From assembly GCF_003010495.1 (NCBI RefSeq), contig NZ_CP027570.1, positions 1,500,001-1,532,000 on the forward strand: DNA of 32,000 nucleotides, read 5' to 3'. This document shows, piece by piece, positions 1-8,830 of the stretch; position 1 is the first letter of the stretch, and the number at the start of each line of letters is the position of its first letter. The notes under the pieces are model-generated. The model saw only the letters and a program-made list of their open reading frames with translations, searched no databases and was not told where the DNA came from. Origin of the DNA: Megasphaera elsdenii DSM 20460. Lineage in GTDB: Bacteria > Bacillota > Negativicutes > Veillonellales > Megasphaeraceae. A program made the translations under genes and the position numbers.

Positions 1-152
1 GCCAGGTCATCATCATTCATATCGCTAAAGACGATTACGGAGAAGTCCCAGCGGAAGGAGAAAGTTTTACTGTCGATGGCGATTACTGCCTGGTAGATAA
101 CGTCATCGACGACATGGGTATCTTGACGATGACCCTGCATAAGAATCACTAG
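1..152 (+). CDS. 3' end of a phage structural (head-tail region) gene; the 5' end is outside the window
   Basis: Frame 3 is open from the window edge to TAG at 150-152 (...QVIIIHIAKDDYGEVPAEGESFTVDGDYCLVDNVIDDMGILTMTLHKNH*). AGGAGG (151-156) and the next ATG at 161 follow immediately. No family recognised. Confidence 0.4.
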   Translation, partial: QVIIIHIAKDDYGEVPAEGESFTVDGDYCLVDNVIDDMGILTMTLHKNH

Positions 153-160
153 GAGGGCCT

Positions 161-676
161 ATGAGCGTAGAAATCGACATTCAAGGTGACAAAAAGCTTA
201 TGGACGCCTTGTCCTCTCTGAGCGATAAAGAAATCGCCAGGGCGGCTGTAGCTGCCGGAAAGCGGGCGGCCACAGCCGCCAGGACGGCAGGGACAAAGGA
301 AATCCGAAGCATTTATACCATGAAGGCCGGGGACTTGAAAGCGAAGGCGCAGATCCGGGCCGATGAAGACGGCGCTACCATCCTTGTCAAAGGGGCGCCC
401 GAGGCAATCCATAAATATCAGGCCAAGAAGCGGCGGGACGGCGTCTTCGTATCCGTAAAGCGCGGGAAAATGACGCATGTCCCCCGCGGCTTTAGCCTGG
501 GCGGGGCATTCGTCGCCCGTAAGGGAAAGGAAAGATACCCGCTGAAAGGTATCTATGGGCCGGCCGTGCCGCAGTTATTCGGCAATCCCGATGTCCTGAG
601 CGTCATGATGGATCGTGGCAGTGACGTCTTTGAAGAACGATTGGAACATGAAATCGAATACAGATTAGGGAAGTGA
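161..676 (+). CDS. HK97 gp10-family-like neck / tail-completion protein
   Basis: ATG follows AGGAGG. The 171-aa product starts MSVEIDIQGDKKLMDALSSLSDKEIARAAVAAGKRAA..., a layout typical of the HK97 gp10 family. It sits upstream of the sheath gene. Confidence 0.55.
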   Translation: MSVEIDIQGDKKLMDALSSLSDKEIARAAVAAGKRAATAARTAGTKEIRSIYTMKAGDLKAKAQIRADEDGATILVKGAPEAIHKYQAKKRRDGVFVSVKRGKMTHVPRGFSLGGAFVARKGKERYPLKGIYGPAVPQLFGNPDVLSVMMDRGSDVFEERLEHEIEYRLGK

Positions 677-680
677 TGCG

Positions 681-1190
681 ATGACCCCATTGGAATGCGC
701 GGAAGGTATCGCGGAATTCTTGAAAGAAAAATTCACGGCTTACCAGGAATATTGTGAAGGCCGGCCAGAAAATATCTTTTCGAGTGTCGATACGGATGTA
801 AATGTATATGCCGGATTCCTGCCCCGGGCGAATAACCGGGCAGACCAAAAGAAACTTTGTCCGGCCGTCGTGGTACGGCCAGAAGCTACGACAGACGACC
901 GGGATAAGTCCGTTACGTCTATCGTCATCTACGCGACTATTTACGATGAAGATATGACCTATGGAGCTCATATGTTGTTCCATTTCCTCGAATTCATCCG
1001 CTATCACCTGCTGGCCAACAATCCCATTGCCAAGAAATGGTTCATTGATATAGATGACGGGAATATCAAGACGACGATTCCCGATGACCAGCCGTTCCCA
1101 CAATGGGTAGGTGTCATTGAGTTCGACGTATTCATTCCGCAGCCACGTCAAACTCATTGGGAGGTTTTAGGAGGCAGATACGATGAGTGA
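681..1190 (+). CDS. Phage neck / tail-completion protein (family not recognised)
   Basis: A 169-aa ORF starts 5 nt after the previous stop and is co-oriented in the late operon. Function is inferred from position only. Confidence 0.45.
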   Translation: MTPLECAEGIAEFLKEKFTAYQEYCEGRPENIFSSVDTDVNVYAGFLPRANNRADQKKLCPAVVVRPEATTDDRDKSVTSIVIYATIYDEDMTYGAHMLFHFLEFIRYHLLANNPIAKKWFIDIDDGNIKTTIPDDQPFPQWVGVIEFDVFIPQPRQTHWEVLGGRYDE

Positions 1191-1419
1191 AAACAGCGGG
1201 CCGGTCATCTACGTCGGCCCAGCCTATAAAGACACGGAAATCCACACGAATCAGATTTTCGCAGACGGGATTCCTGCAAAATATAAGGACGACCCGGTAT
1301 ATAAGCATCTGTTCGTCACAGCGGGCGAATTGGATGCGGCACAAAAAGAAGTTAAATCTACAGGCTCGTTGAGAAACATCATGTATAAACGGGCCATGGC
1401 ATTACACGGAGGTAAATAA
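1183..1419 (+). CDS. Small phage protein, unknown function
   Basis: A 78-aa ORF overlaps the upstream stop (ATGAGTGA) and ends 1 nt before the sheath ATG. The packing suggests translational coupling. Confidence 0.45.
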   Translation: MSENSGPVIYVGPAYKDTEIHTNQIFADGIPAKYKDDPVYKHLFVTAGELDAAQKEVKSTGSLRNIMYKRAMALHGGK

Positions 1420-1420
1420 A

Positions 1421-2866
1421 ATGGCATTTTTCCACGGCGTAAAAGCAAGCGAAGTCCCGACATCGATTGTGGCGACTGTCGCCACTGATTCCGGCTTGCC
1501 GGTTGTCTTCGGGACGGCGCCTGTCCATCTGACAGAAGACCCGACAGCCTATGTCAATAAACCCGTCATCTGCTACAGCTGGAAGGAAGCGACGCAGAAT
1601 TTGGGGTATCATCCCGACTGGGATAAGTACACGCTCTGCGAAGCGATGTATACCGAATTCAAACTGTACAATGTAAAACCCATTGTATTTGTCAATGTAT
1701 TGGACCCGGCCAAACATAAAGTGTCCGTTTCGGACACAGCCAAAACTGTTACGAAGAAACAGGTCATCCTTACAGACCCGGTTTTATTGCATACGCTGAC
1801 CGTCAAGGGTAGTGCAGACGGGTCCGCAGCCACCTTGGATAAGGACTATACGGCGGCATACGACGATGATGGTCAGCTCATCATTACCCTCTTGGATGAT
1901 GGTGCCCTAGCCTCCGTATCGAGCATCCATGTTGCTTATGACAAATTAGATCCTACGGCTGTCAAAGATGACGATATCATCGGCGGCATGTCCACGGATG
2001 GCAAAAACAAAGGGCTGGAACTCGTCGACGATATTTATTTCCAGATTGGCAAAGTTCCGGGCCTGTTGGCAGCACCGGGATGGTCTGAAAAGCCGGCCAT
2101 TGCCGCTGTCATGAAAGCCAAAGCGGCTAAAATAGACGGATTGTTCCCTTGCATGGCACTGGTAGACATCAATACGGAACAGGTCAAAAAATACGCCGAC
2201 GTCAATATGTGGAAAAACGGCAACAACTACACGGGGAACAACCAGATTGTCTGCTGGCCGTGCGCTAAAAATGGCGATATGGTATTCCACTTATCGACCC
2301 ATATCATGGGCATCATCGGCGTTACCGACGGCAATAACGATGACGTCCCATATCAGTCGCCGTCCAATCAGACATTACAGGCGACAGGGCTGTGCCTGAA
2401 AGATGGCAGTGAAGTAAATCTCAATCTGACGCAGGCCAATCTGCTTAATGAACAGGGCATCGTTACGGGCTTGAATTTCTCCGGCGGCTGGAAGTCCTGG
2501 GGGAACTTTACCGGCGCTTATCCGGGCACGACAGATGTCAAAGATATGTTCATCTGTGTCCGGCGCATGTTCAACTGGCAGTATGTCACCTTCATTTTAA
2601 CGAACTGGCAGAAGACAGACCAGCCAATCACTCCGAGACTGGTAAAAACGCTGGTAGACAGCGAACAGGTGCGGTTGAATGGGCTGACGTCACGAGGATA
2701 TCTCTTAGGGGCCAGTGTCCAGTTCCTGGCTGATGAAAACCCGACGACCGATTTACTGGCCGGCATCTTCCGGATCCACACGAAGCTGACGCCGCCAGTC
2801 CCGGCACAGGACATTGAAGATACCTTTGAGTATGACGTATCGAATTTTGAAGTATTATTCTCGTAA
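1421..2866 (+). CDS. Contractile tail sheath protein (P2 FI / Mu gpL-like)
   Basis: The 481-aa product has an N-terminus MAFFHGVKASEVPTSIVATVATDSGLPVVFGTAP, typical of sheath proteins. It lies directly upstream of a clear tube gene. Confidence 0.85.
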   Translation: MAFFHGVKASEVPTSIVATVATDSGLPVVFGTAPVHLTEDPTAYVNKPVICYSWKEATQNLGYHPDWDKYTLCEAMYTEFKLYNVKPIVFVNVLDPAKHKVSVSDTAKTVTKKQVILTDPVLLHTLTVKGSADGSAATLDKDYTAAYDDDGQLIITLLDDGALASVSSIHVAYDKLDPTAVKDDDIIGGMSTDGKNKGLELVDDIYFQIGKVPGLLAAPGWSEKPAIAAVMKAKAAKIDGLFPCMALVDINTEQVKKYADVNMWKNGNNYTGNNQIVCWPCAKNGDMVFHLSTHIMGIIGVTDGNNDDVPYQSPSNQTLQATGLCLKDGSEVNLNLTQANLLNEQGIVTGLNFSGGWKSWGNFTGAYPGTTDVKDMFICVRRMFNWQYVTFILTNWQKTDQPITPRLVKTLVDSEQVRLNGLTSRGYLLGASVQFLADENPTTDLLAGIFRIHTKLTPPVPAQDIEDTFEYDVSNFEVLFS

Positions 2867-2878
2867 GGAGGGAAACCC

Positions 2879-3409
2879 ATGGCAGTAAATAAAATCCCGG
2901 AAGTCATCAATGATATGCGGGCTTATATCGACGGCGCCGACGATTTAATCGGCGTCAACGAAGTCGAATTGCCGGATTTGAAATCGCTGACAGAAGATAT
3001 TGAAGGCATCGGCGTCGCTGGGAAAATCGAGGCGCCCATTGCCGGGCATTTCGATTCCCTGGAATTAAAACTGACCTGGCAGGTGCCGACAAAAACCAGT
3101 TCCCGCCTGGTCGGCGGCAGCACCTTGGCGCTGGAACTCTATTCGGATATCCAGAACTGGGATAGCGGTGCCAACGACTACGAACACGAACAGTACCGCG
3201 TTGCCGTCCGTGGCCGTGTAAAGAGCCACAACCCGGGCAAATTCAAGGCCGGGTCCAAGACAGACAGCGAAACCGTCATCGAATGCACGTACTTTAAAAT
3301 CGAAATGGGCGGCTCCACGCTCTGCGAAATCGACAAATACGGATACAAAGCCATCGTCAATGGTGTCGACCTGTTACAGCAGGTCCGGGCCAATATCGGC
3401 ATGAATTAG
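2879..3409 (+). CDS. Major tail tube protein (P2 FII-like)
   Basis: The 176-aa product ends CTYFKIEMGGSTLCEIDKYGYKAIVNGVDLLQQVRANIGMN, collinear with P2 FII (CTYFRLTMDGKELVEID...VNGVDRLEQHRRNIGL). GGAGG lies upstream. Confidence 0.85.
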   Translation: MAVNKIPEVINDMRAYIDGADDLIGVNEVELPDLKSLTEDIEGIGVAGKIEAPIAGHFDSLELKLTWQVPTKTSSRLVGGSTLALELYSDIQNWDSGANDYEHEQYRVAVRGRVKSHNPGKFKAGSKTDSETVIECTYFKIEMGGSTLCEIDKYGYKAIVNGVDLLQQVRANIGMN

Positions 3410-3419
3410 GAGGATTAGC

Positions 3420-3746
3420 ATGAAAGAAAAAGAAAATGAACTCGTCAACGCTGAAATCGTAGATCAGGAAAATATCCTGCATCTGACAACTCCGTTGCCG
3501 AACGGGCAAACGGAAATTTATTTTGACTTTGCAAAACTGAACGGCTATGCTCTGCTGGCTTGCATGAGCCAGGCTAAAAAGAAAGACAAACTTATGACAG
3601 TACCGGCATTATCCATGGAATACCAGGCCATGGTTGCCGCTGCGGCCGCTAAAATGAAGTATGACGACATCCTCAACTTGAGTGGTCCTGACTTCATGGC
3701 AGCCTGCTTGAAGGCGCAGAATTTTTTACTGCCCAAGGAGCCGTAG
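3420..3746 (+). CDS. Tail assembly chaperone, short form (P2 gpE / lambda gpG analogue)
   Basis: A 108-aa ORF lies between the tube and tape-measure genes and is preceded by AGGAGG. It contains a slippery heptamer near its 3' end. Confidence 0.7.
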   Translation: MKEKENELVNAEIVDQENILHLTTPLPNGQTEIYFDFAKLNGYALLACMSQAKKKDKLMTVPALSMEYQAMVAAAAAKMKYDDILNLSGPDFMAACLKAQNFLLPKEP

Positions 3747-3913
3747 AAAACATAAGATTGTCGGCTATGAGGCTTGCCAAGTACACAAAAACGCCGATTG
3801 GATGGTTCCTGGAACAACCAATCGGCGATTTTCATGCCTGGATTCAAGTCATGAATGAAGAAGTAGACCGGGAAAAAGAAGAAATAGAGAAGGCCAAGAA
3901 GGGAGGGCAATAA
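3420..3913 (+). CDS. Tail assembly chaperone, frameshifted long form (P2 gpE+E' / lambda gpGT analogue), about 164 aa
   Basis: After a -1 slip at 3722-3728 the reading continues ...NFL/TAQGAVENIRLSAMRLAKYTKTPIGWFLEQPIGDFHAWIQVMNEEVDREKEEIEKAKKGGQ*. It stops 1 nt before the tape-measure ATG. No independent start or RBS exists for the 3747-3913 segment. Confidence 0.6.
3722..3728 (+). promoter_or_regulatory. -1 programmed ribosomal frameshift slippery heptamer T_TTT_TTA
   Basis: In the zero frame the sequence reads AAT TTT TTA CTG. The X_XXY_YYZ heptamer TTTTTTA occupies 3722-3728. The -1 frame is open from 3692 to TAA at 3911-3913. Confidence 0.65.
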
Positions 3914-3914
3914 G

Positions 3915-6900
3915 ATGAGTCGTGTCATGGAATTAGCTATTGCCATCAAGGGCCGTCTGGATGGGTCTGTAGCTTCGTCGATGCAGCGGGCTATCGCCGA
4001 GTCCAAAGAGTTGAAGACGCAAATCAAGGCGGCCAATGACGCTATGCGGAGCGCACAGCGGGCGGCGTCAGCTGAACAAAGGGCCACAGGCCAGGTCAGC
4101 GTAGCATCGTATCGGCAGATTGCCGCTCTCCAGGCTCGTATCAACGATTTGACCCAGCGACGGTCTGACATCTTAGATGCCCAGGCCAGAAAGCAAAAAG
4201 CACAGGCGGCCTTTGACAGTGCGAAAAGTAATTTGGCTGGGACTGCTATGAAAACAGCTGTCCTGGCAGCACCGTTAGTGGGGGCAACGAAAGCGGCCAT
4301 GGAATTTGAAAGTGAAATGGCTGAAATCAGAAAAGTTGTTGATTTTGATACACCAGAGCAGTTTAAGCAGATGGGACAGGATATCTTAGACTTGTCTACA
4401 AAAATGCCGATGGCTGCTTCGGGAATTGCCAAAATCGTGGCCGCTGGCGGCCAGGCTGGTATCGCCAAAGAAGATTTGCTGGAATTTGCTCAGGATGCCG
4501 TAAAGATGGGCGTAGCCTTTGACCTTACGGCTGACCAGGCTGGGGATATGATGGCTAAATGGCGAAGCGCTTTCAAACTGAATCAGCAAGACGTAATGGC
4601 TTTAGCGGATAAAATCAATTATTTGGGAAATACAACGGCCGCCTCGGCACCATTGATTTCCGACGTCGTAACCCGTATCGGGCCACTCGGGGAAATAGGT
4701 GGACTTGCGTCCGGAGAAATAGCCGCTCTGGGGGCTTCCATGATAGAAACAGGGACACAATCAGACGTAGCCGCAACCGGCATCAAGAATCTCATTCTAG
4801 GAATGGCAGCTGGAGAAGGCGCTACGAAAAGCCAGGCCGCTGCCTTCCAACAGCTGGGATTTGATGCGGTGGATATGGCCAAGCGGATGCGAACCGATGC
4901 TAAAGGCGCTATTATGGATGTCTTTCGGGCCATACAGTCGTTGCCTGAATATCAACAAGCGGGAGTTTTATCCGATTTGTTTGGGAAGGAATCAATCGAA
5001 GCCATCGCTCCCTTGCTTACGAACTTAGATAAACTACAGTCCAAATTTGAAGCAGTCAACGATGCCACAAAATATGGAGGCGCTGTAGATTCAGAATATG
5101 CAGCCAGATGTGAAACAACGGCCAATCAAATGTATCTGTTCAAAAATAGTATGACAGCCGTGGCCATTGAAATCGGCTCTGCATTATTGCCAGCCATTAA
5201 CAGCATCTTACGGAGTATCGTTCCTGTCGTCGTTGCCTTTGCCAATTGGGCCAAAGAACATCAAGTATTGATACAAACCATAGTTGCCCTGGCCGCCAGT
5301 TTTGCTGGTGTCTTATTGGCCGCCAGGTCTATTTTAGCCATCAGAGCCGGTTTTAGGATGCTTAAAGAAACGGCTGATATGTTCTTCACAGTAAACAAGA
5401 ATGGGGAAACCGTATTGCGCGGGTCCGCGACGGCATCCAAACTTTTTCATGCCGGATTGAATGGATTAGGGGCAGCCTTTCGTGCTGCGGCAACAGGGGC
5501 CAGAGCGTTAGCAATGGCTCTCATGGCCAATCCTATTATCGCCATCGTGGCCGTCATCATTGCCGTGGTCGCCGCCATTATTTATTTCTGGAATACAAAC
5601 GAACAATTCCGGGCCGCCGTCATTGCGATTTGGAACAATATCGTATCCTTTGGCATGAGTCTGTTTTCAGCCCTGGCCGCTTTCTTCACCGGCGTATGGA
5701 ATGGCCTGGTCACGATTGCCACAGCCGTCTGGAGCGGCATCATGACCGTAGCGACGATGGCCGTATCGGTCATCATGGACATCATATCCGCCTTTGGCGC
5801 TTTCTTCACCGGCGTATGGAATGGCCTGGTCACGATTGCCACAGCCGTCTGGAGCGGCATGATGACCGTAGCGACGATGGCCGTATCGGTCATCATGGAC
5901 ATCATATCCGCCTTTGGCGCTTTCTTCACCGGCGTATGGAATGGCCTGGTCACGATTGCCACAGCCGTCTGGAGCGGCATGATGACCGTAGCGACGATGG
6001 CCGTATCGGTCATCATGGACATCATATCCGCCTTTGGCGCTTTCTTCACCGGCGTATGGAATGGCCTGGTCACGATTGCCACAGCCGTCTGGAGCGGCAT
6101 GATGACCGTAGCGACGATGGCCGTATCGGTCATCATGGACATCATATCCGCCTTTGGCGCTTTCTTCACCGGCGTATGGAATGGCCTGGTCACGATTGCC
6201 ACAGCCGTCTGGAGCGGCATGATGACCGTAGCGACGATGGCCGTATCGGTCATCATGGACATCATATCCGCCTTTGGCGCTTTCTTCACCGGCGTATGGA
6301 ATGGCCTGGTCACGATTGCCACAGCCGTCTGGAGCGGCATGATGACCGTAGCGACGATGGCCGTATCGGTCATCATGGACATCATATCCGCCTTTGGCGC
6401 TTTCTTCACCGGCGTATGGAATGGCCTGGTCACGATTGCCACAGCCGTCTGGAGCGGCATGATGACCGTAGCGACGATGGCCGTATCGGTCATCATGGAC
6501 ATCATATCCGCCTTTGGCGCTTTCTTCACCGGCGTATGGAATGGCCTGGTCACGATTGCTACAGCCGTCTGGAACGGCATGATGACCGTAGCGACGATGG
6601 CCGTATCGGTCATCATGGGCATCATATCTGCCTTTGGTGCCTTCTTCGCCGGGGTCTGGAATGGCCTGGTCACGATTGCCACAGCCGTCTGGAGCGGCAT
6701 GATGACCGTAGCGACGATGACCGTATCGGTCATCATAGGCATCATATCCGCTTTTGGGGCCTTCTTCGCCGGGGTCTGGAATGGCTGTCTGGCCATCGCG
6801 TCGGCCGTGTGGGATGCTATCTCCAGCTTTGTATCGGCCGCAGCCAGCGTCATAGAAGGCATCATCTCTGCATTGGTAGATTATATTTCCGGTGCTTGGG

Positions 6901-7463
6901 ATAGTGCTGTAGCCGCAGTACAAAGTTTTGCCAGCAGTGTCATAGATGCCATTGGCCAGGCCGTAGACTGGGCGATGGACAAGTGGAGCAGCTTAGTTAA
7001 TGCCTTGTCGCATCCGATTGATACGGCTATCAACATTGCACAAAACATAACCCGTACAATCAGCGAAGCAACCAGCGGCGGTGATGACGTCAGCGAAAAC
7101 GCCAGAGGTGGCATTTATCAGCGTGGGGCCTTCCTGACAACATTCGCCGAAGACTCGGCAGAAGCAGCTATCCCTTTAGACGGGTCGGCACGAGCTATCT
7201 CATTGTGGCAGCAGGCCGGAACCGCGTTAGGGGTCATGCCCAAAACGCCACAGCGGATGAGTGCAGGAACAGCCAAAGCCCCGTCGTACAGCAACAGCAG
7301 CATCACACTTAATTTCCGGCCGACTATCAACGTCCAGGGCGGCGGTGACGTCGCTGATGTCGTCCGTCAAGCCTTGGAGGAACAGGCGCGTCAATTCCAG
7401 CGGGAACTGCCTAAAATGCTGGATAGAGTATCCGCAGGACGGAGGCGGTTGAGCTATGAATAA
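3915..7463 (+). CDS. Tail tape measure protein
   Basis: The 1182-aa product has a coiled-coil N-terminus. Its core ...EMAEIRKVVDFDTPEQFKQMGQDILDLSTKMPMAASGIAKIVAAGGQAGI... is typical of the TP901-type tape-measure core. It has a hydrophobic repeat centre and sits after the chaperone pair. Confidence 0.9.
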   Translation: MSRVMELAIAIKGRLDGSVASSMQRAIAESKELKTQIKAANDAMRSAQRAASAEQRATGQVSVASYRQIAALQARINDLTQRRSDILDAQARKQKAQAAFDSAKSNLAGTAMKTAVLAAPLVGATKAAMEFESEMAEIRKVVDFDTPEQFKQMGQDILDLSTKMPMAASGIAKIVAAGGQAGIAKEDLLEFAQDAVKMGVAFDLTADQAGDMMAKWRSAFKLNQQDVMALADKINYLGNTTAASAPLISDVVTRIGPLGEIGGLASGEIAALGASMIETGTQSDVAATGIKNLILGMAAGEGATKSQAAAFQQLGFDAVDMAKRMRTDAKGAIMDVFRAIQSLPEYQQAGVLSDLFGKESIEAIAPLLTNLDKLQSKFEAVNDATKYGGAVDSEYAARCETTANQMYLFKNSMTAVAIEIGSALLPAINSILRSIVPVVVAFANWAKEHQVLIQTIVALAASFAGVLLAARSILAIRAGFRMLKETADMFFTVNKNGETVLRGSATASKLFHAGLNGLGAAFRAAATGARALAMALMANPIIAIVAVIIAVVAAIIYFWNTNEQFRAAVIAIWNNIVSFGMSLFSALAAFFTGVWNGLVTIATAVWSGIMTVATMAVSVIMDIISAFGAFFTGVWNGLVTIATAVWSGMMTVATMAVSVIMDIISAFGAFFTGVWNGLVTIATAVWSGMMTVATMAVSVIMDIISAFGAFFTGVWNGLVTIATAVWSGMMTVATMAVSVIMDIISAFGAFFTGVWNGLVTIATAVWSGMMTVATMAVSVIMDIISAFGAFFTGVWNGLVTIATAVWSGMMTVATMAVSVIMDIISAFGAFFTGVWNGLVTIATAVWSGMMTVATMAVSVIMDIISAFGAFFTGVWNGLVTIATAVWNGMMTVATMAVSVIMGIISAFGAFFAGVWNGLVTIATAVWSGMMTVATMTVSVIIGIISAFGAFFAGVWNGCLAIASAVWDAISSFVSAAASVIEGIISALVDYISGAWDSAVAAVQSFASSVIDAIGQAVDWAMDKWSSLVNALSHPIDTAINIAQNITRTISEATSGGDDVSENARGGIYQRGAFLTTFAEDSAEAAIPLDGSARAISLWQQAGTALGVMPKTPQRMSAGTAKAPSYSNSSITLNFRPTINVQGGGDVADVVRQALEEQARQFQRELPKMLDRVSAGRRRLSYE
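5671..6880 (+). repeat. In-frame tandem array of 120-bp (40-aa) units inside the tape-measure gene, about 10 units
   Basis: Units start at 5701, 5821 and so on. The six units covering 5821-6540 are identical at nucleotide level, and unit 5701-5820 differs from them by 1 nt (5741). Units at 6541 and 6661 carry a few substitutions. The edges (5671-5700 and 6781-6880) are degenerate. Confidence 0.95.
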
Positions 7464-7659
7464 GTACACGACAGTCCAGGGGGACATGTGGGATGCCATT
7501 GCATATAAAATTTTCGGCAATGAGCTCTATATGAATGAACTGCTGGAAGCGAATGAAACGTACCGGAACACGGCTATTTTTCCGGCAGGAATCATATTGA
7601 ACATCCCGGACATCAATGTAATCCAGTCATCCAAGATTTTGCCACCATGGAAGCGGTGA
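7456..7659 (+). CDS. Tail protein X (P2 gpX-like, LysM-type)
   Basis: The product is 67 aa, the same length as P2 gpX. It reads MNKYTTVQGDMWDAIAYKIFGNELYMNELLEANETYRNTAIFPAGIILNIPDI, matching the gpX pattern (Y.v.qGDt.D.ia...yG...e.vl.aNp...lp.G..i.lPd). It overlaps the tape-measure stop. Confidence 0.75.
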   Translation: MNKYTTVQGDMWDAIAYKIFGNELYMNELLEANETYRNTAIFPAGIILNIPDINVIQSSKILPPWKR

Positions 7660-7663
7660 TGCT

Positions 7664-8830
7664 ATGTCTTTAGAAACGATTAAAGCCAAATTAAATGAAT
7701 GGAAAAAAGAACTGACGCCGGGGACATTCCTCGGACGCCGGGCCTATGCTCAAATACTGTATACGCCGGCAGGCGAAACAGAGAGCAAAGACATATCCGA
7801 AGATATGATGAAGTATCTACTATCCATTGAAGTGACGGACAACCTGTCCGGACAAGTCGATGACATGACAGTCACCTTGGAAGACAGGGCACAGCTGTGG
7901 CAGGACACGTGGTATCCGGAACCGGGGTCCAAATTGGACATTACCCTTTATACGCTGAACAAAAACGGCGTCAACGAGGGTATCAAAGAATTGCCAGTCG
8001 GAGAATTTGAAGTCGATGAAATAGAAATCAACGGGATGCCGACGACGGTACAAATCAAAGCCGTCAACGCCATTGCTGATACGTCATTGCGAGGCATTAA
8101 GCAGAATCAATCGTGGGATAATATCAGTCTCTATAAAATCGCCAATGATATTGCATGGAGAAATGGCATGTTGCTGGACTATGAGCCGGGGGACCAGAAC
8201 AACCCATCGTATGAGCATGTCGAGCAGTCAGACGCATCAGACCTTGAATTTTTGAAGAAGCTATGTGATGATGCCGGCCTGGATCTGAAAATATCGACCA
8301 AGACCATTATCATCCTCGATGAATACCAGCTGGAAACCCAAGAGCCGCTGATTGTATTCTGGCGGCCAGGGACAGCCTCGTTTTCTGAGCAGACGAGTGA
8401 TGATGACGTATCGCCTGAAAATCCGCTGAACTTCACGGATTTTCTGTCCTACTCAATGAAAGCCAAGACCCGTGACATTTATCGGGCCTGCCACGTTAAA
8501 TACAAGCAGGGCAAGAACAAAGAAGTCATCGAGGGCTACTTTGAAGCCCCGAATAAGCAAACGGGGCTGACGCTGGAAGTGAATGAACAATGCGACACAG
8601 TGGACGCTGCAAATAAGCTGGCCAGGAAAAAATTGCGAGAACAGAACCGGGATGAAATCACGGCATCCTTTAGCCTGTACGGCGACTTCCACTTCATGGC
8701 CGGCATTGTTATCGGTTTCATGAACTTCGGTGCCTTTGATGGAAAATATATCGTCACAAAAGCAACACACAGCTTGGGCAATGGTTATGTACTCAGTCTG
8801 GAAATGAGGAGGTGCCTCGATGGATACTAA
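7664..8830 (+). CDS. Late control gene D-like tail/baseplate hub protein (P2 gpD / Mu gpP-like)
   Basis: The product is 388 aa (P2 gpD is about the same size) and lies after the tape-measure and gpX genes. Assignment rests on size and synteny plus general resemblance. Confidence 0.65.
   Translation: MSLETIKAKLNEWKKELTPGTFLGRRAYAQILYTPAGETESKDISEDMMKYLLSIEVTDNLSGQVDDMTVTLEDRAQLWQDTWYPEPGSKLDITLYTLNKNGVNEGIKELPVGEFEVDEIEINGMPTTVQIKAVNAIADTSLRGIKQNQSWDNISLYKIANDIAWRNGMLLDYEPGDQNNPSYEHVEQSDASDLEFLKKLCDDAGLDLKISTKTIIILDEYQLETQEPLIVFWRPGTASFSEQTSDDDVSPENPLNFTDFLSYSMKAKTRDIYRACHVKYKQGKNKEVIEGYFEAPNKQTGLTLEVNEQCDTVDAANKLARKKLREQNRDEITASFSLYGDFHFMAGIVIGFMNFGAFDGKYIVTKATHSLGNGYVLSLEMRRCLDGY

Noticed and set aside
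3545-4468. 307-aa minus-strand ORF antisense to the chaperone and tape-measure start.
   Set aside because: This is a shadow ORF opposite clearly homologous + strand genes. It has no RBS and an Ala/Ser-rich low-complexity translation.
5671-6880. Regular repeat array considered as a possible CRISPR array.
   Set aside because: Units are contiguous 120-bp copies with no unique spacers. They are in frame inside a coding gene and no cas genes are present.
5582-6923. Three very long extra ORFs across the tape-measure repeats: 5582-6865 minus (427 aa), 5630-6904 plus (424 aa) and 5667-6923 minus (418 aa).
   Set aside because: They exist only because a stop-free 120-bp unit is repeated about 10 times, so every frame lacking a stop in one unit stays open across the array. 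Their products are repetitive nonsense (HGHHIRLWRF..., DDRYGHRRYGHH...). They lie entirely inside the well-supported tape-measure gene.
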